Shown: piece after piece, positions 1-8,843 of the stretch | How the letters are laid out: each line of letters begins with the position of its first letter | Position numbering within the stretch: the stretch's first letter is position 1 | Position numbers and translations under genes: made by a program | Origin: Pseudothioglobus sp. nBUS_23 | GTDB taxonomy: Bacteria; Pseudomonadota; Gammaproteobacteria; PS1; Pseudothioglobaceae | Assembly: GCF_051201565.1 (NCBI RefSeq) | Contig: NZ_CP179200.1 | Location: 570,001-602,000, forward strand | DNA length: 32,000 nt | Direction: 5' to 3' | Notes under the pieces: model-generated | Seen by the model: only the letters and a program-made list of their open reading frames with translations | Databases searched by the model: none | Told to the model about the DNA's origin: nothing

Positions 1-289
1 TCTTCAGGTTGGTGGAAAAGACATGGGTGCAACCTCAGTTAAGCTAAATCGTTTGATTGGTTATAGTCCTCTTCTTTTAGGTAGCACGCAAGTTACTGGA
101 ATAGACTCAAACGGTGAGTATATTCAGAGTGATTCAGAGACATGGGGCGGGTATATGGTCCATATGTTGAAAGTACAAAACCTCATGGTTGATGAATTTG
201 GAGTAGTTGCCAGGTCAAATGATCAAACTGCAGGTTTGTCTGATTTAGTTAACTCTCTGGGGGCAAAATCTAGCGCGGAGAATGACTGA
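1..289 (+). CDS. Hypothetical protein, C-terminal fragment; the 5' end lies outside the window
   Basis: The frame of the 23..289 ORF stays open back to base 2 (LQVGGKDMGAT...). Its stop (TGA 287-289) overlaps the ATG at 282 of the next gene by 8 nt. I recognise no family motif. Confidence 0.4.
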   Translation, partial: LQVGGKDMGATSVKLNRLIGYSPLLLGSTQVTGIDSNGEYIQSDSETWGGYMVHMLKVQNLMVDEFGVVARSNDQTAGLSDLVNSLGAKSSAEND

Positions 290-1163
290 TTTTTTTGCTA
301 ACTTTATTAATCCAGAGAAACGCTTATTTATAGGGTATTTAATAAGCGCTGCTTTCATAGCAGTAATCTGGCTCAGAGTAATTAATAAAAAACCACTGAC
401 AGAAATTGTCAGTGGTTTTTTTAGTACTCAGGTCTGGCTATCAAAGTCTGCATTAGCTGACTATAAACTAATGGTCATTAACCAGTTTTTTATAAAAATA
501 CTAGCGCCAATACTAATTGGTCAACTGGCGCTTACAGTATTTATTTTTGAGAATATGCATTTCATATTTTCTAGACCCTCATCATCTATACCGGTTTGGA
601 TGGTAATGATAATATTCACCACTGTTCTTTTTATTCTTGATGATTTCTCAAGGTATTTTTTGCACCGTTTAATGCACCGGGTTCCAATATTATGGCGGTT
701 TCACAAGGCTCATCATTCTGCTACTAATCTAACTCCATTGACTGTTCTTAGGACTCATCCAATTGAGGCAATTCTTTTTAGTCTTAGAGCGGTCATTGTT
801 CACTCATTATGCCTTGGCGTTTGTTTCTTTTTCTTTGCAGAAAGTGTGTCACTTATTGAAATTTTTGGTTCAAGTGCCTTTGTTGTAATATTTCATTCAT
901 TAGGATCAAATTTAAGGCATTCACATGTCAATCTTAGTTATTGGAGTTGGCTAGAAAAGATTCTAGTTTCTCCCGCACAGCATCAATTGCATCATTCAAT
1001 CAATCCAAAACATTACGACTGTAACTTTGGCGCGGTTCTTGCAGTATGGGATAATATTGGTGGTAGTTGTATAGTGTCAGAAAAAAATCAAGACATTAAA
1101 TTTGGACTTAAAGACCAGTCTGAAAATGCGCACAAACTTAAAAACTTAATTATTGGGTCTTAA
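282..1163 (+). CDS. Fatty acid hydroxylase / sterol desaturase superfamily membrane di-iron enzyme
   Basis: His-box motifs are present: HRLMHRVPILWRFHKAHHS and HQLHHS. Several hydrophobic segments support a membrane protein. Substrate unknown. Confidence 0.75.
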   Translation: MTDFFANFINPEKRLFIGYLISAAFIAVIWLRVINKKPLTEIVSGFFSTQVWLSKSALADYKLMVINQFFIKILAPILIGQLALTVFIFENMHFIFSRPSSSIPVWMVMIIFTTVLFILDDFSRYFLHRLMHRVPILWRFHKAHHSATNLTPLTVLRTHPIEAILFSLRAVIVHSLCLGVCFFFFAESVSLIEIFGSSAFVVIFHSLGSNLRHSHVNLSYWSWLEKILVSPAQHQLHHSINPKHYDCNFGAVLAVWDNIGGSCIVSEKNQDIKFGLKDQSENAHKLKNLIIGS

Positions 1164-1218
1164 TATTTGCCTCAAGAGTTAAATAAATAACTTTTGACTT
1201 AATCCTGTGGAGTATCAA

Positions 1219-2238
1219 GTGAACAAAAAAGTATCAATCTTTTCGATAATAGTAATATCAATTTTATCAACATCTTTTTCAGCAGCAGTGCAAGCGGCAA
1301 GTAATGATATTCTGACAGTGTATAGCACAAGGAAAGAACACTTAATTAAGCCTTTATTTGATGCATTTACTGCGAAAACTGGAATAAAAGTAAAGTACCT
1401 TACTGGAAAGGGGGGTGCGTTAATAGAGCGCATTAAATTGGAAGGCAAAAAAACCAAGGCTGATTTATTTATGACAGTTGATGCTGGAAATCTTTGGTAT
1501 GCCGCATCTCAAAATTTATTTCAACCAGTAAGTAGTGAAATCATTAAAAATAATATTCCTGAGCATCTTCGAGATCCTGAAGGTCTTTGGAGTGGCTTAT
1601 CGGTTAGAGCAAGGACAATAATCTATAGCACTGAAAGAGTTAATCCAAGTGAGTTATCAACTTATCAAGATTTAGCAAATAAAAAATGGAAAGGCAAACT
1701 TTGTTTGAGAACAAGTAAGAAAGTATATACAAAGTCTCTTGTATCCTCACTAATCCATCATGATGGAATGGAAAAAACAACTGATGTAGTGAGGGGCTGG
1801 GTTGATAACCTTGCTGCCACTCCTCACGCTGAAGATGTTCATATAATGACTTCAATCCTAGCGGGCCAGTGTGATGTGGGAATTGTAAATAGCTACTATT
1901 TTGGAAGACTGCAAGCAGAGGATCCGAACGCTCCCCTTAAACTCTTTTGGGCTAATCAAAATACTACTGGAACGCATGTTAATGTTTCAGGAGCTGGAGT
2001 CACAAAACATTCAAAGAATCCAGATGACGCAATAAGATTACTTGAGTTTTTATCTTCAATTGAAGCTCAAAAAATCTATGTTGGCTTAAATAAAGAGTAT
2101 CCAGCAACTCAAAAAATTAAAGCAGATAATTTGATTGCCTTATGGGGAGATTTTAATCAGGATAAAATGAATCTTTCTTTTGCTGGAAAAAATCAGGCTG
2201 ATTCGGTTTCACTCATGCAGAGAGAAGGCTATAAATAA
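1219..2238 (+). CDS. fbpA: Fe(3+) ABC transporter periplasmic substrate-binding protein (FbpA/AfuA-like)
   Basis: Family-1 solute-binding fold with LTVYSTRKEH...GIKV and the paired-tyrosine motif NSYYFGRL typical of ferric binding proteins. An N-terminal signal peptide is present (KKVSIFSIIVISILSTSFSAAVQA). I prefer GTG 1219 over the track start GTG 1207 because GGAG at 1209-1212 sits 6 nt upstream of it. Confidence 0.8.
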   Translation: MNKKVSIFSIIVISILSTSFSAAVQAASNDILTVYSTRKEHLIKPLFDAFTAKTGIKVKYLTGKGGALIERIKLEGKKTKADLFMTVDAGNLWYAASQNLFQPVSSEIIKNNIPEHLRDPEGLWSGLSVRARTIIYSTERVNPSELSTYQDLANKKWKGKLCLRTSKKVYTKSLVSSLIHHDGMEKTTDVVRGWVDNLAATPHAEDVHIMTSILAGQCDVGIVNSYYFGRLQAEDPNAPLKLFWANQNTTGTHVNVSGAGVTKHSKNPDDAIRLLEFLSSIEAQKIYVGLNKEYPATQKIKADNLIALWGDFNQDKMNLSFAGKNQADSVSLMQREGYK

Positions 2239-2265
2239 TTATGTAGGTAATGCAATCAAAGCCCA

Positions 2266-3864
2266 ATGAATAGTAAGCAAAATAATTCTAATTTTTTAAT
2301 GGGCCTTCTAGCACTATCTGTTTCGTTCCCAATCATTGTTGTTTGTTCAGCTTGGTTTTTTCCAGGAACTGAGCTATGGGGGCATTTTCTTGAAAATTTA
2401 TTACCTGAACTCATTGTATCAACTTTTATATTGCTTCTAGGTGTTGGCTTAGGGGTAAGTATTCTAGGAACCGTTCTGGCATATTTAGTTGTCATGGTTG
2501 AGTTTCCAGGAAGAAGATGGTTAGAGTGGGCACTATTCTTGCCCTTTGCAATACCCGCTTATGTTCTAGCTTTTGTTTATCTTGGGGTTTTTGACTATTC
2601 AGGCTACGCCCAGGTCTGGCTTAGGGATTTTACTGGAATATCTGGATTTGATATCAGAGCTGGGAGTTGGGCAATTATATTAACATTTGTATTGGTTTTT
2701 TATCCTTACGTTTACATGATGGCAAGAGCCTCATTTAAGCGACAAAAGATTCAGATGATTGAGGCTGGAAAAATGCTTGGTGCAAAACCTTTTCTGGTTT
2801 TTTGGAAGATTTCTGTACCTCTCGCAAGACCAGCTATTGCCGCTGGTTTACTTGTTACTCTTATGGAGACATTGGCAGATTTTGGAGTAGTCTCACTTTT
2901 TAACTACTCAACTTTCACAACAGCAATTTATTCAGCATGGGGAGACTTTCGCTCTATAGAAGTTGCTGCACAACTAGCATCAATACTCGTTTTAATTGCA
3001 TTTTTTCTTATTTATTTTGAAAAAAAAGCCCGAGGTAAAGCTAAATATTACTCATCAGATGTATCCCATATCAGACCCTATAGTGCAGAAGGAATTTTAG
3101 GCTGGATTACTTTTTTATTCGTTTTTGGTGTATTTATGCTGTCTTTTGCAATGCCTATGCTCCAACTTATTATTTGGAGTATTGAAAAATATGGCGAAGA
3201 AATTAGTCAGTTCTACCTTAATTATCTTTCTTCTACAGGGATTTTGACTGTGAGTGCGACAATCTTAACTGTTGCTGTAGCTACAATGCTAGCCTTGCCA
3301 AGTCGTCGGAAGGACGAAAGTAAAGCATTGCAGCTTCTTATAAGGTTTTCGACATTAGGTTATGCATTACCGGGATCAGTCATGGCTGTTGGACTTTTGT
3401 ATGGTGTGCAAAATATTTCATTAGTGAGCATTCATTTTGGGGGTTCATCAATTAATCATATTCTTTTTGGGTCAGTGGCATTACTTCTATTTGCATACAT
3501 TTCTAGATTTATGGCAATTGCCTATAACTCAACCAGCGCCTCCAGTGAGCAGATTAAGCCTGTTTTTGAACAGAGTGCTAGACTTTTAGGATCATCAAGA
3601 ATGCGTTTAATCAAGGAAATATACCTTCCAATGATGACGCCTGGAATATTAGCTGGAGGCTTGTTGGTAGCTGTAGATGTGATGAAGGAGCTACCTGCAA
3701 CCTACCTATTAAGGCCTTTTGGATGGGATACTCTAGCCATTAGGGTTTTTGAATTGAGCTCAGAAGGACTTTATGATAGGGCAGCTATTCCTGCTCTAAT
3801 AATGGTATTTTTAGGAGCGATTATTATGCTGTTCTTTATTCGACTGGACAGTGAAAAATATTAA
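2266..3864 (+). CDS. fbpB: Iron ABC transporter permease, fused two-domain type (FbpB/AfuB-like)
   Basis: 532 aa and highly hydrophobic. It has two EAA-like loops (EAGKMLGAKPFLVFWKISVPLARP and QSARLLGSSRMRLIKEIYLPMMTP). It lies directly downstream of the binding protein. Confidence 0.8.
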   Translation: MNSKQNNSNFLMGLLALSVSFPIIVVCSAWFFPGTELWGHFLENLLPELIVSTFILLLGVGLGVSILGTVLAYLVVMVEFPGRRWLEWALFLPFAIPAYVLAFVYLGVFDYSGYAQVWLRDFTGISGFDIRAGSWAIILTFVLVFYPYVYMMARASFKRQKIQMIEAGKMLGAKPFLVFWKISVPLARPAIAAGLLVTLMETLADFGVVSLFNYSTFTTAIYSAWGDFRSIEVAAQLASILVLIAFFLIYFEKKARGKAKYYSSDVSHIRPYSAEGILGWITFLFVFGVFMLSFAMPMLQLIIWSIEKYGEEISQFYLNYLSSTGILTVSATILTVAVATMLALPSRRKDESKALQLLIRFSTLGYALPGSVMAVGLLYGVQNISLVSIHFGGSSINHILFGSVALLLFAYISRFMAIAYNSTSASSEQIKPVFEQSARLLGSSRMRLIKEIYLPMMTPGILAGGLLVAVDVMKELPATYLLRPFGWDTLAIRVFELSSEGLYDRAAIPALIMVFLGAIIMLFFIRLDSEKY

Positions 3865-3950
3865 TACTCAAGACCTGACTTGTTAAAAAAGAATAGATCT
3901 TATTCGAATTAGGTAAAATATTTTTTAGAACTTATTCTTTTTAATTACTT

Positions 3951-5135
3951 ATGAGCATTGATTTACTTTGTGTGAATGGCGTTAAATGCTCTTCTGTTTC
4001 TTCGGGAATAAAGAATAATAATTCATTAGATTTATCTCTAATTTCACTAATTGATGGCACTAATACTGCTGCAGTTTTTACTCAAAATATCTTTTGTGCT
4101 GCTCCTGTTTTAGTTGCCAAAAACCACCTAAATTCTAATATAAAAGCCCTTTTAATTAACAGCGGTAATGCCAATGCTGGTACTGGTAAAAAAGGTCTGG
4201 AAGATAGCTATAAATCCTGCGAAATTATAGCTGAAGAGCTCAGCATCAAACCTGAACAGGTTTTGCCATTCTCAACTGGAGTAATTGGTCAATTGCTTCC
4301 TGTTGAGTCTATTGAAAAAAGTGCAAATAAACTCGTTAATTCTCTTACAAAAGAAGGATTAGGTAATGTTGCAAAAGGTATCTTAACTACAGACCTAGTA
4401 GAAAAGTATTATTCAGTCTCATTTAATGTCGATGGTGTTGCAGTTAATCTCTCCGGAGTTGCAAAAGGATCTGGAATGATTAGGCCGAACATGGCAACCA
4501 TGCTTAGTTTTATAGTTACTGATATTGGGGCTTCTCAAGATGAATTGCAGCAATGCCTTGATATTTCAGTTAATCAGTCATTTAATCGTATTACAGTGGA
4601 TGGCGATACCTCAACAAATGATGCATGTACACTTAGCGCTACGAATCAATCTGGCATTCTTTATTCTCAATGTAAAGAAGAGTTTCAAAAAGCTTTGAAT
4701 GAGTTAACTAGAAATCTTGCTCACAAGATTGTGAAGGATGGAGAGGGATCAACAAAATTTGTTGAAGTAAGCGTCAGTGGACTAGAGTCAAATGAAGACT
4801 GTTTAGAGGTGGCTTATACAGTTGCCCATTCACCACTAGTAAAAACAGCTTTATTTGCCAGTGATGCTAATTGGGGAAGAATACTTGCTGCAGTTGGACG
4901 CGCTAGAGTAAAGGGAATATCTTTTGAAAATATTAACATTTCTCTGAATGAAGTTCAGATTATCTCATCAGGAGAAATTAGTGACCAATATTCTGAGGAA
5001 GCTGGAAGTCGTGAAATGGAAAAACCTGAAATCACAATTCGGATTGATTTAGGTGGCTTTAAAACGAATGAAAGCGTCTGGACAACTGATCTTTCGTATG
5101 AATATGTAAAGATAAATGCTGAATATCGAAGCTAA
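3951..5135 (+). CDS. argJ: Bifunctional ornithine acetyltransferase / N-acetylglutamate synthase
   Basis: GSGMIRPNMATMLSF contains the conserved self-cleavage site (A|TML). TTDL and DGDTSTND motifs are present, and the length is about 394 aa. Confidence 0.9.
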   Translation: MSIDLLCVNGVKCSSVSSGIKNNNSLDLSLISLIDGTNTAAVFTQNIFCAAPVLVAKNHLNSNIKALLINSGNANAGTGKKGLEDSYKSCEIIAEELSIKPEQVLPFSTGVIGQLLPVESIEKSANKLVNSLTKEGLGNVAKGILTTDLVEKYYSVSFNVDGVAVNLSGVAKGSGMIRPNMATMLSFIVTDIGASQDELQQCLDISVNQSFNRITVDGDTSTNDACTLSATNQSGILYSQCKEEFQKALNELTRNLAHKIVKDGEGSTKFVEVSVSGLESNEDCLEVAYTVAHSPLVKTALFASDANWGRILAAVGRARVKGISFENINISLNEVQIISSGEISDQYSEEAGSREMEKPEITIRIDLGGFKTNESVWTTDLSYEYVKINAEYRS

Positions 5136-5154
5136 GCTATAGATATACATAAGC

Positions 5155-6033
5155 CTAGGTGTTGTCGATAATGAACTGTTTAAATCTTCTAGCAATTGGG
5201 GATAGTTCTGCATCAGCATGATGCACTATATGCCATTTTCTAATAATTGGGAATGGCTCAACATTAAGCTGTTTAATGATTTTGTTTTTGAGCTGAAGAC
5301 TTACTGAATGCATTGAAACAAATCCTATTCCTAATCCAGCTTGTACAGCCTCTACAATTGCTTCATTGGAGTTAATTTGAATTTCGGAATTAAAATTCAA
5401 TCCAGTAAACCTCTCAATAGTAATTCGAGTTCCTGATCCAATCTCTCTAGTTAGCAAAGTTTCTTTGGAAAGGTCCTTAATAGTTACCTTTTTCTTGTTA
5501 AGTAAATCATTTTGAGGATGAGCAATAGCAATCAATGGATTCTCCATAAAGGCTTTCGATATTAATGGGATATCTTTAGGCGGCTCACCCATAATTACTA
5601 AATCAGCATTATTATTTTTTAAATTATCAAGAAGTGCATGCCGATTAGTTACATCAATATAAAAAGTCATTTTAGGAAATTCTTTTTTAAATTTCGAGAG
5701 TAATGTGCTGATAAAAGAATTGGCAGTAGTAGCAACAGCTATTTGAAGATGACCAGAGTCAGGATTAAGTATTTCATTTATTTCAAGCCTGGAGTTTTCA
5801 AGAGTATTTATGGTTTCTATTGCAGTTTGATATATTTTCTTACCTAAAAAAGTAGGGCTTATTTTCTTTCCATTAATATGAAATAACTTCGCACCAATAT
5901 TTTCCTGTAATTGTTGGACTTGCATATAAACAGCAGGCTGAGTGATATGGAGCTCTTTACTTGCGCTAGTAAAGCCTCCAAGCCTTATTACGGATTCAAA
6001 ACTATAAAGCTGTTTAAGCGTGTAATTAATCAT
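5155..6033 (-). CDS. cbbR: LysR-family transcriptional regulator, RuBisCO operon regulator
   Basis: N-terminal winged HTH (FTSASKELHITQPAVYMQVQQLQENIG) followed by a LysR substrate-binding domain. It is divergently transcribed 99 nt from cbbL, the classic cbbR arrangement. Confidence 0.85.
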   Translation of the reverse strand: MINYTLKQLYSFESVIRLGGFTSASKELHITQPAVYMQVQQLQENIGAKLFHINGKKISPTFLGKKIYQTAIETINTLENSRLEINEILNPDSGHLQIAVATTANSFISTLLSKFKKEFPKMTFYIDVTNRHALLDNLKNNNADLVIMGEPPKDIPLISKAFMENPLIAIAHPQNDLLNKKKVTIKDLSKETLLTREIGSGTRITIERFTGLNFNSEIQINSNEAIVEAVQAGLGIGFVSMHSVSLQLKNKIIKQLNVEPFPIIRKWHIVHHADAELSPIARRFKQFIIDNT

Positions 6034-6054
6034 AATTAAAACTAATGATTATAT

Positions 6055-6096
6055 AAATAAATATTATTTTACATTATTTTTATCAACAACTATAAT
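6055..6096 (+). promoter_or_regulatory. Putative cbbL promoter with an AT-rich dyad that may be a CbbR site
   Basis: -35 TTTACA (6068-6073), an exact 17-nt spacer, then consensus -10 TATAAT (6091-6096), about 36 nt upstream of the cbbL ATG. SD AAGGGGA lies at 6119-6125. The dyad AAATAA-ata-TTATTT (6055-6069) abuts or overlaps the -35. In AT-rich DNA such matches can arise by chance. Confidence 0.4.
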
Positions 6097-6132
6097 GACT
6101 TCATTTTAGACAAATAATAAGGGGAATTACCA

Positions 6133-7554
6133 ATGGCCAAGAAAGGATATGACGCTGGAGTTAAGGAATATAGAGACACATACTGGATGCCTGAATACGA
6201 GCCAGTTGATACCGATATTCTTGCATGTTTTAAAATAACTCCACAGCCAGGCGTACCTAGAGAAGAAGTGGCCGCTGCAGTAGCTGCTGAATCCTCAACA
6301 GGAACTTGGACAACAGTCTGGACTGATTTGCTAACTGATCTTGATCATTACAAGGGAAGGGCATACAGAATTGAAGATGTTCCTGGTTCGGACGATGCAA
6401 TCTATGCATTTATTGCCTACCCAATTGATTTATTCGAGGAAGGTTCAATTGTAAATGTTCTAACTTCTCTTGTTGGTAATGTGTTTGGTTTTAAAGCTCT
6501 TAGAGCATTGAGATTAGAGGATATTCGTTTTCCAATAGCATATGTTATGACTTGTGGTGGCCCTCCTAATGGAATTGAGGTTGAAAGAGACAAGATGAAT
6601 AAATATGGTCGACCTTTATTGGGCTGCACAATAAAGCCAAAACTGGGTTTATCAGCTAAGAATTATGGAAGAGCTTGCTATGAGGGTCTTAGAGGAGGTT
6701 TAGACTTTACCAAAGACGATGAAAATGTTAATTCTCAGCCATTTATGCGCTGGAGAGATCGTTTCGGTTTTGTTCAGGATGCTATTGAGAGAGCTGAAAA
6801 AGAAACTGGAGAGCGTAAAGGACATTATCTAAATGTTACTGCACCTACTCCAGAAGAGATGTATAAGCGTGCGGAGTATGCAAAGGAGCTAGGCACTCCA
6901 ATTATTATGCATGATTTCTTTACAGCTGGTTTTACTGCAAATACTGGTCTTGCCAATTGGTGTCGTGATAACGGCTTATTGCTTCACATTCATAGAGCAA
7001 TGCATGCAGTTGTTGATAGAAATCCTAACCATGGTATCCACTTCAGAGTTTTAGCAAAATGTTTGCGACTTTCTGGCGGTGATCACATGCACTCTGGAAC
7101 TGTTGTAGGAAAGCTTGAGGGTGACCGTGATTCTACACTTGGATGGATCGATTGTATGCGTGATAGTTTTATTAAAGAGGATCGTTCGCGTGGAATTTTC
7201 TTCGATCAAGATTTTGGCTCAATGCCAGGAATGTTACCGGTCGCATCAGGTGGTATCCATGTTTGGCATATGCCGGCACTTGTGAATATTTTTGGTGATA
7301 ACTCTGTTCTTCAGTTTGGAGGCGGAACGCTTGGCCACCCATGGGGCAATGCGGCTGGTGCAGCTGCGAATAGGGTTGCAGTTGAAGCATGTGTAGAGGC
7401 ACGAAATGCTGGGCGCGAATTAGAAAAAGAATCAAAGGACATTCTTACGAGTGCTGCGAAACACTCACCAGAACTCAAGGTAGCAATGGAGACTTGGAAA
7501 GAGATTAAATTTGAGTTTGATACGGTAGACAAATTAGATATTCAGCATAAATAA
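6133..7554 (+). CDS. cbbL: Ribulose-1,5-bisphosphate carboxylase/oxygenase large subunit, form I (IA-like)
   Basis: 473 aa. Active-site block [23 protein letters not shown] includes the carbamylated Lys. [11 protein letters not shown] and [15 protein letters not shown] are also present. Confidence 0.97.
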   Translation: MAKKGYDAGVKEYRDTYWMPEYEPVDTDILACFKITPQPGVPREEVAAAVAAESSTGTWTTVWTDLLTDLDHYKGRAYRIEDVPGSDDAIYAFIAYPIDLFEEGSIVNVLTSLVGNVFGFKALRALRLEDIRFPIAYVMTCGGPPNGIEVERDKMNKYGRPLLGCTIKPKLGLSAKNYGRACYEGLRGGLDFTKDDENVNSQPFMRWRDRFGFVQDAIERAEKETGERKGHYLNVTAPTPEEMYKRAEYAKELGTPIIMHDFFTAGFTANTGLANWCRDNGLLLHIHRAMHAVVDRNPNHGIHFRVLAKCLRLSGGDHMHSGTVVGKLEGDRDSTLGWIDCMRDSFIKEDRSRGIFFDQDFGSMPGMLPVASGGIHVWHMPALVNIFGDNSVLQFGGGTLGHPWGNAAGAAANRVAVEACVEARNAGRELEKESKDILTSAAKHSPELKVAMETWKEIKFEFDTVDKLDIQHK

Positions 7555-7595
7555 TCTAGCGAATCGTAAATTAATATTAAAAAAAGGAAAAGACT

Positions 7596-7955
7596 ATGAG
7601 TAAAGTTCAAGATTATCCATCACGACTGAGTGACAATGCTAGCAGAAAGTTTGAAACTTTTTCTTACTTACCTGCAATGACTGATAAGCAAATTCGTGAG
7701 CAGGTTCAGTACATTGTTGACCAAGGATACAACCCAGGAGTAGAGCATACAGAAGTTGAAAATGCAACTGGAAATTATTGGTATATGTGGAAGCTTCCAA
7801 TGTTTGGTGAAACAGATGTTGATACCATTTTGGCTGAATGTAAGGCTTGTCATGACGCAAATCCTGATAATCATGTCCGTTTAATAGGATACGATAACTA
7901 TGCACAGTCTCAAGGCGCATCAATGGTTATTTACAGAGGCAAAGGATTTAAATAA
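7596..7955 (+). CDS. cbbS: RuBisCO small subunit
   Basis: 119 aa with [11 protein letters not shown] and the ETFSYLP motif. It lies 41 nt downstream of cbbL and has a purine-rich RBS. Confidence 0.95.
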   Translation: MSKVQDYPSRLSDNASRKFETFSYLPAMTDKQIREQVQYIVDQGYNPGVEHTEVENATGNYWYMWKLPMFGETDVDTILAECKACHDANPDNHVRLIGYDNYAQSQGASMVIYRGKGFK

Positions 7956-7988
7956 TCAAGTAAAATCATGTTAGCTTGATTGGATAAA

Positions 7989-8016
7989 CCCCTGTCTCTA
8001 AGCAGGGGTTTTTTTT
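7989..8016 (+). terminator. Rho-independent terminator or attenuator between cbbS and cbbQ
   Basis: Stem CCCCTG (7989-7994) pairs with CAGGGG (8003-8008) across an 8-nt loop. Eight T residues follow (8009-8016). An AAA run upstream (7986-7988) precedes the stem. Confidence 0.75.
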
Positions 8017-8031
8017 CTGAAGGAATAAAAA

Positions 8032-8835
8032 ATGAATGAATTAGATCAATACAAAATTGCTGAAGAGCCTTTCTATCAGCCACAAGAAGATGAAATTGAT
8101 ATGTACACGGCAGCTTACATGAATCGCATGCCAGTAATGTTAAAAGGACCCACAGGTTGTGGAAAATCTCGTTTTGTTGAGTACATGGCCTACAAGTTAG
8201 ATAAGCCATTAATTACTGTCGCTTGTAATGAGGATATGTCCGCAAGTGACCTAGTAGGTCGATTCTTGCTCGATAAGGATGGAACAATTTGGCAAGATGG
8301 ACCTTTAGCTATGGCAGCTCGATATGGCGGCATATGTTATTTAGACGAAGTGGTTGAGGCTAGGCAAGATACTACAGTTGTAATTCACCCTTTGACAGAT
8401 TATCGAAGAACCCTTCCTCTTGATAAAAAAGGTGAGTTAATTGACGCCCATCCAGATTTTCAGCTCGTCATTTCATACAATCCAGGTTATCAAAATTTGA
8501 TGAAGGATCTTAAACAGTCAACCAAACAGAGATTTTGTGGATTTAATTTCCAGCATCCTGATGAGAAAACCGAAGCACACATTATCACTAAAGAGTCTGG
8601 CGTTGATGAAGAAATAGCATTAAAGTTAGTTCAGATAGCTCAACGGGCTAGAAACCTTGTGGGTCATGGTCTTGATGAGGGTATTTCAACTAGACTATGC
8701 GTATATGCAGGACAGCTTATTGCAGATAAAGTAAGTGAAAAATCAGCCTGTAAGATTGCCATGGTGAATCCAATCACTGATGATTTGGATATTGTTGATA
8801 CTTTAAATGCTGCAATAGATACATTCTTTGAGTAA
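8032..8835 (+). CDS. cbbQ: CbbQ, MoxR-class AAA+ ATPase (RuBisCO activase motor subunit)
   Basis: Walker A GPTGCGKS and Walker B ICYLDEV. It is 267 aa and sits between cbbS and a VWA-domain protein. Confidence 0.9.
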   Translation: MNELDQYKIAEEPFYQPQEDEIDMYTAAYMNRMPVMLKGPTGCGKSRFVEYMAYKLDKPLITVACNEDMSASDLVGRFLLDKDGTIWQDGPLAMAARYGGICYLDEVVEARQDTTVVIHPLTDYRRTLPLDKKGELIDAHPDFQLVISYNPGYQNLMKDLKQSTKQRFCGFNFQHPDEKTEAHIITKESGVDEEIALKLVQIAQRARNLVGHGLDEGISTRLCVYAGQLIADKVSEKSACKIAMVNPITDDLDIVDTLNAAIDTFFE

Positions 8836-8843
8836 AACTTATT

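Noticed and set aside
1164-1218. I looked for a Fur box upstream of the ferric ABC transporter genes.
   Set aside because: I could see no convincing match to the GATAATGATAATCATTATC consensus. The only AATGAT-like fragment is in the cbbR-cbbL spacer (about 6044-6052) and is too partial to call.
3883-3944. Nested AT-rich inverted repeats lie upstream of argJ. AAAAAGAATA (3886-3895) pairs with TATTCTTTTT (3933-3942). An inner GAATA-gatct-TATTC sits at 3891-3905. I considered an ARG box or a terminator of fbpB.
   Set aside because: The spacing between GAATA and TATTC is 5 nt, against 2 nt in the ARG-box consensus. The stems are all A/T with a long loop, so they would make a poor intrinsic terminator. 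Chance is plausible in this composition.
6417-7532. Three minus-strand ORFs (6417..6629, 7172..7435, 7311..7532) lie inside cbbL, and two more (7639..7923, 7668..7874) inside cbbS.
   Set aside because: They are antisense shadow ORFs within unambiguous, highly conserved RuBisCO genes. The locally higher GC content reduces stop codons on the opposite strand. Their translations show no family motifs.
7931-8209. A 92-aa minus-strand ORF spans the cbbS-cbbQ spacer and the start of cbbQ.
   Set aside because: It runs antisense through the terminator hairpin and the cbbQ Walker A region. It has no motif, and the plus-strand features explain the region better.
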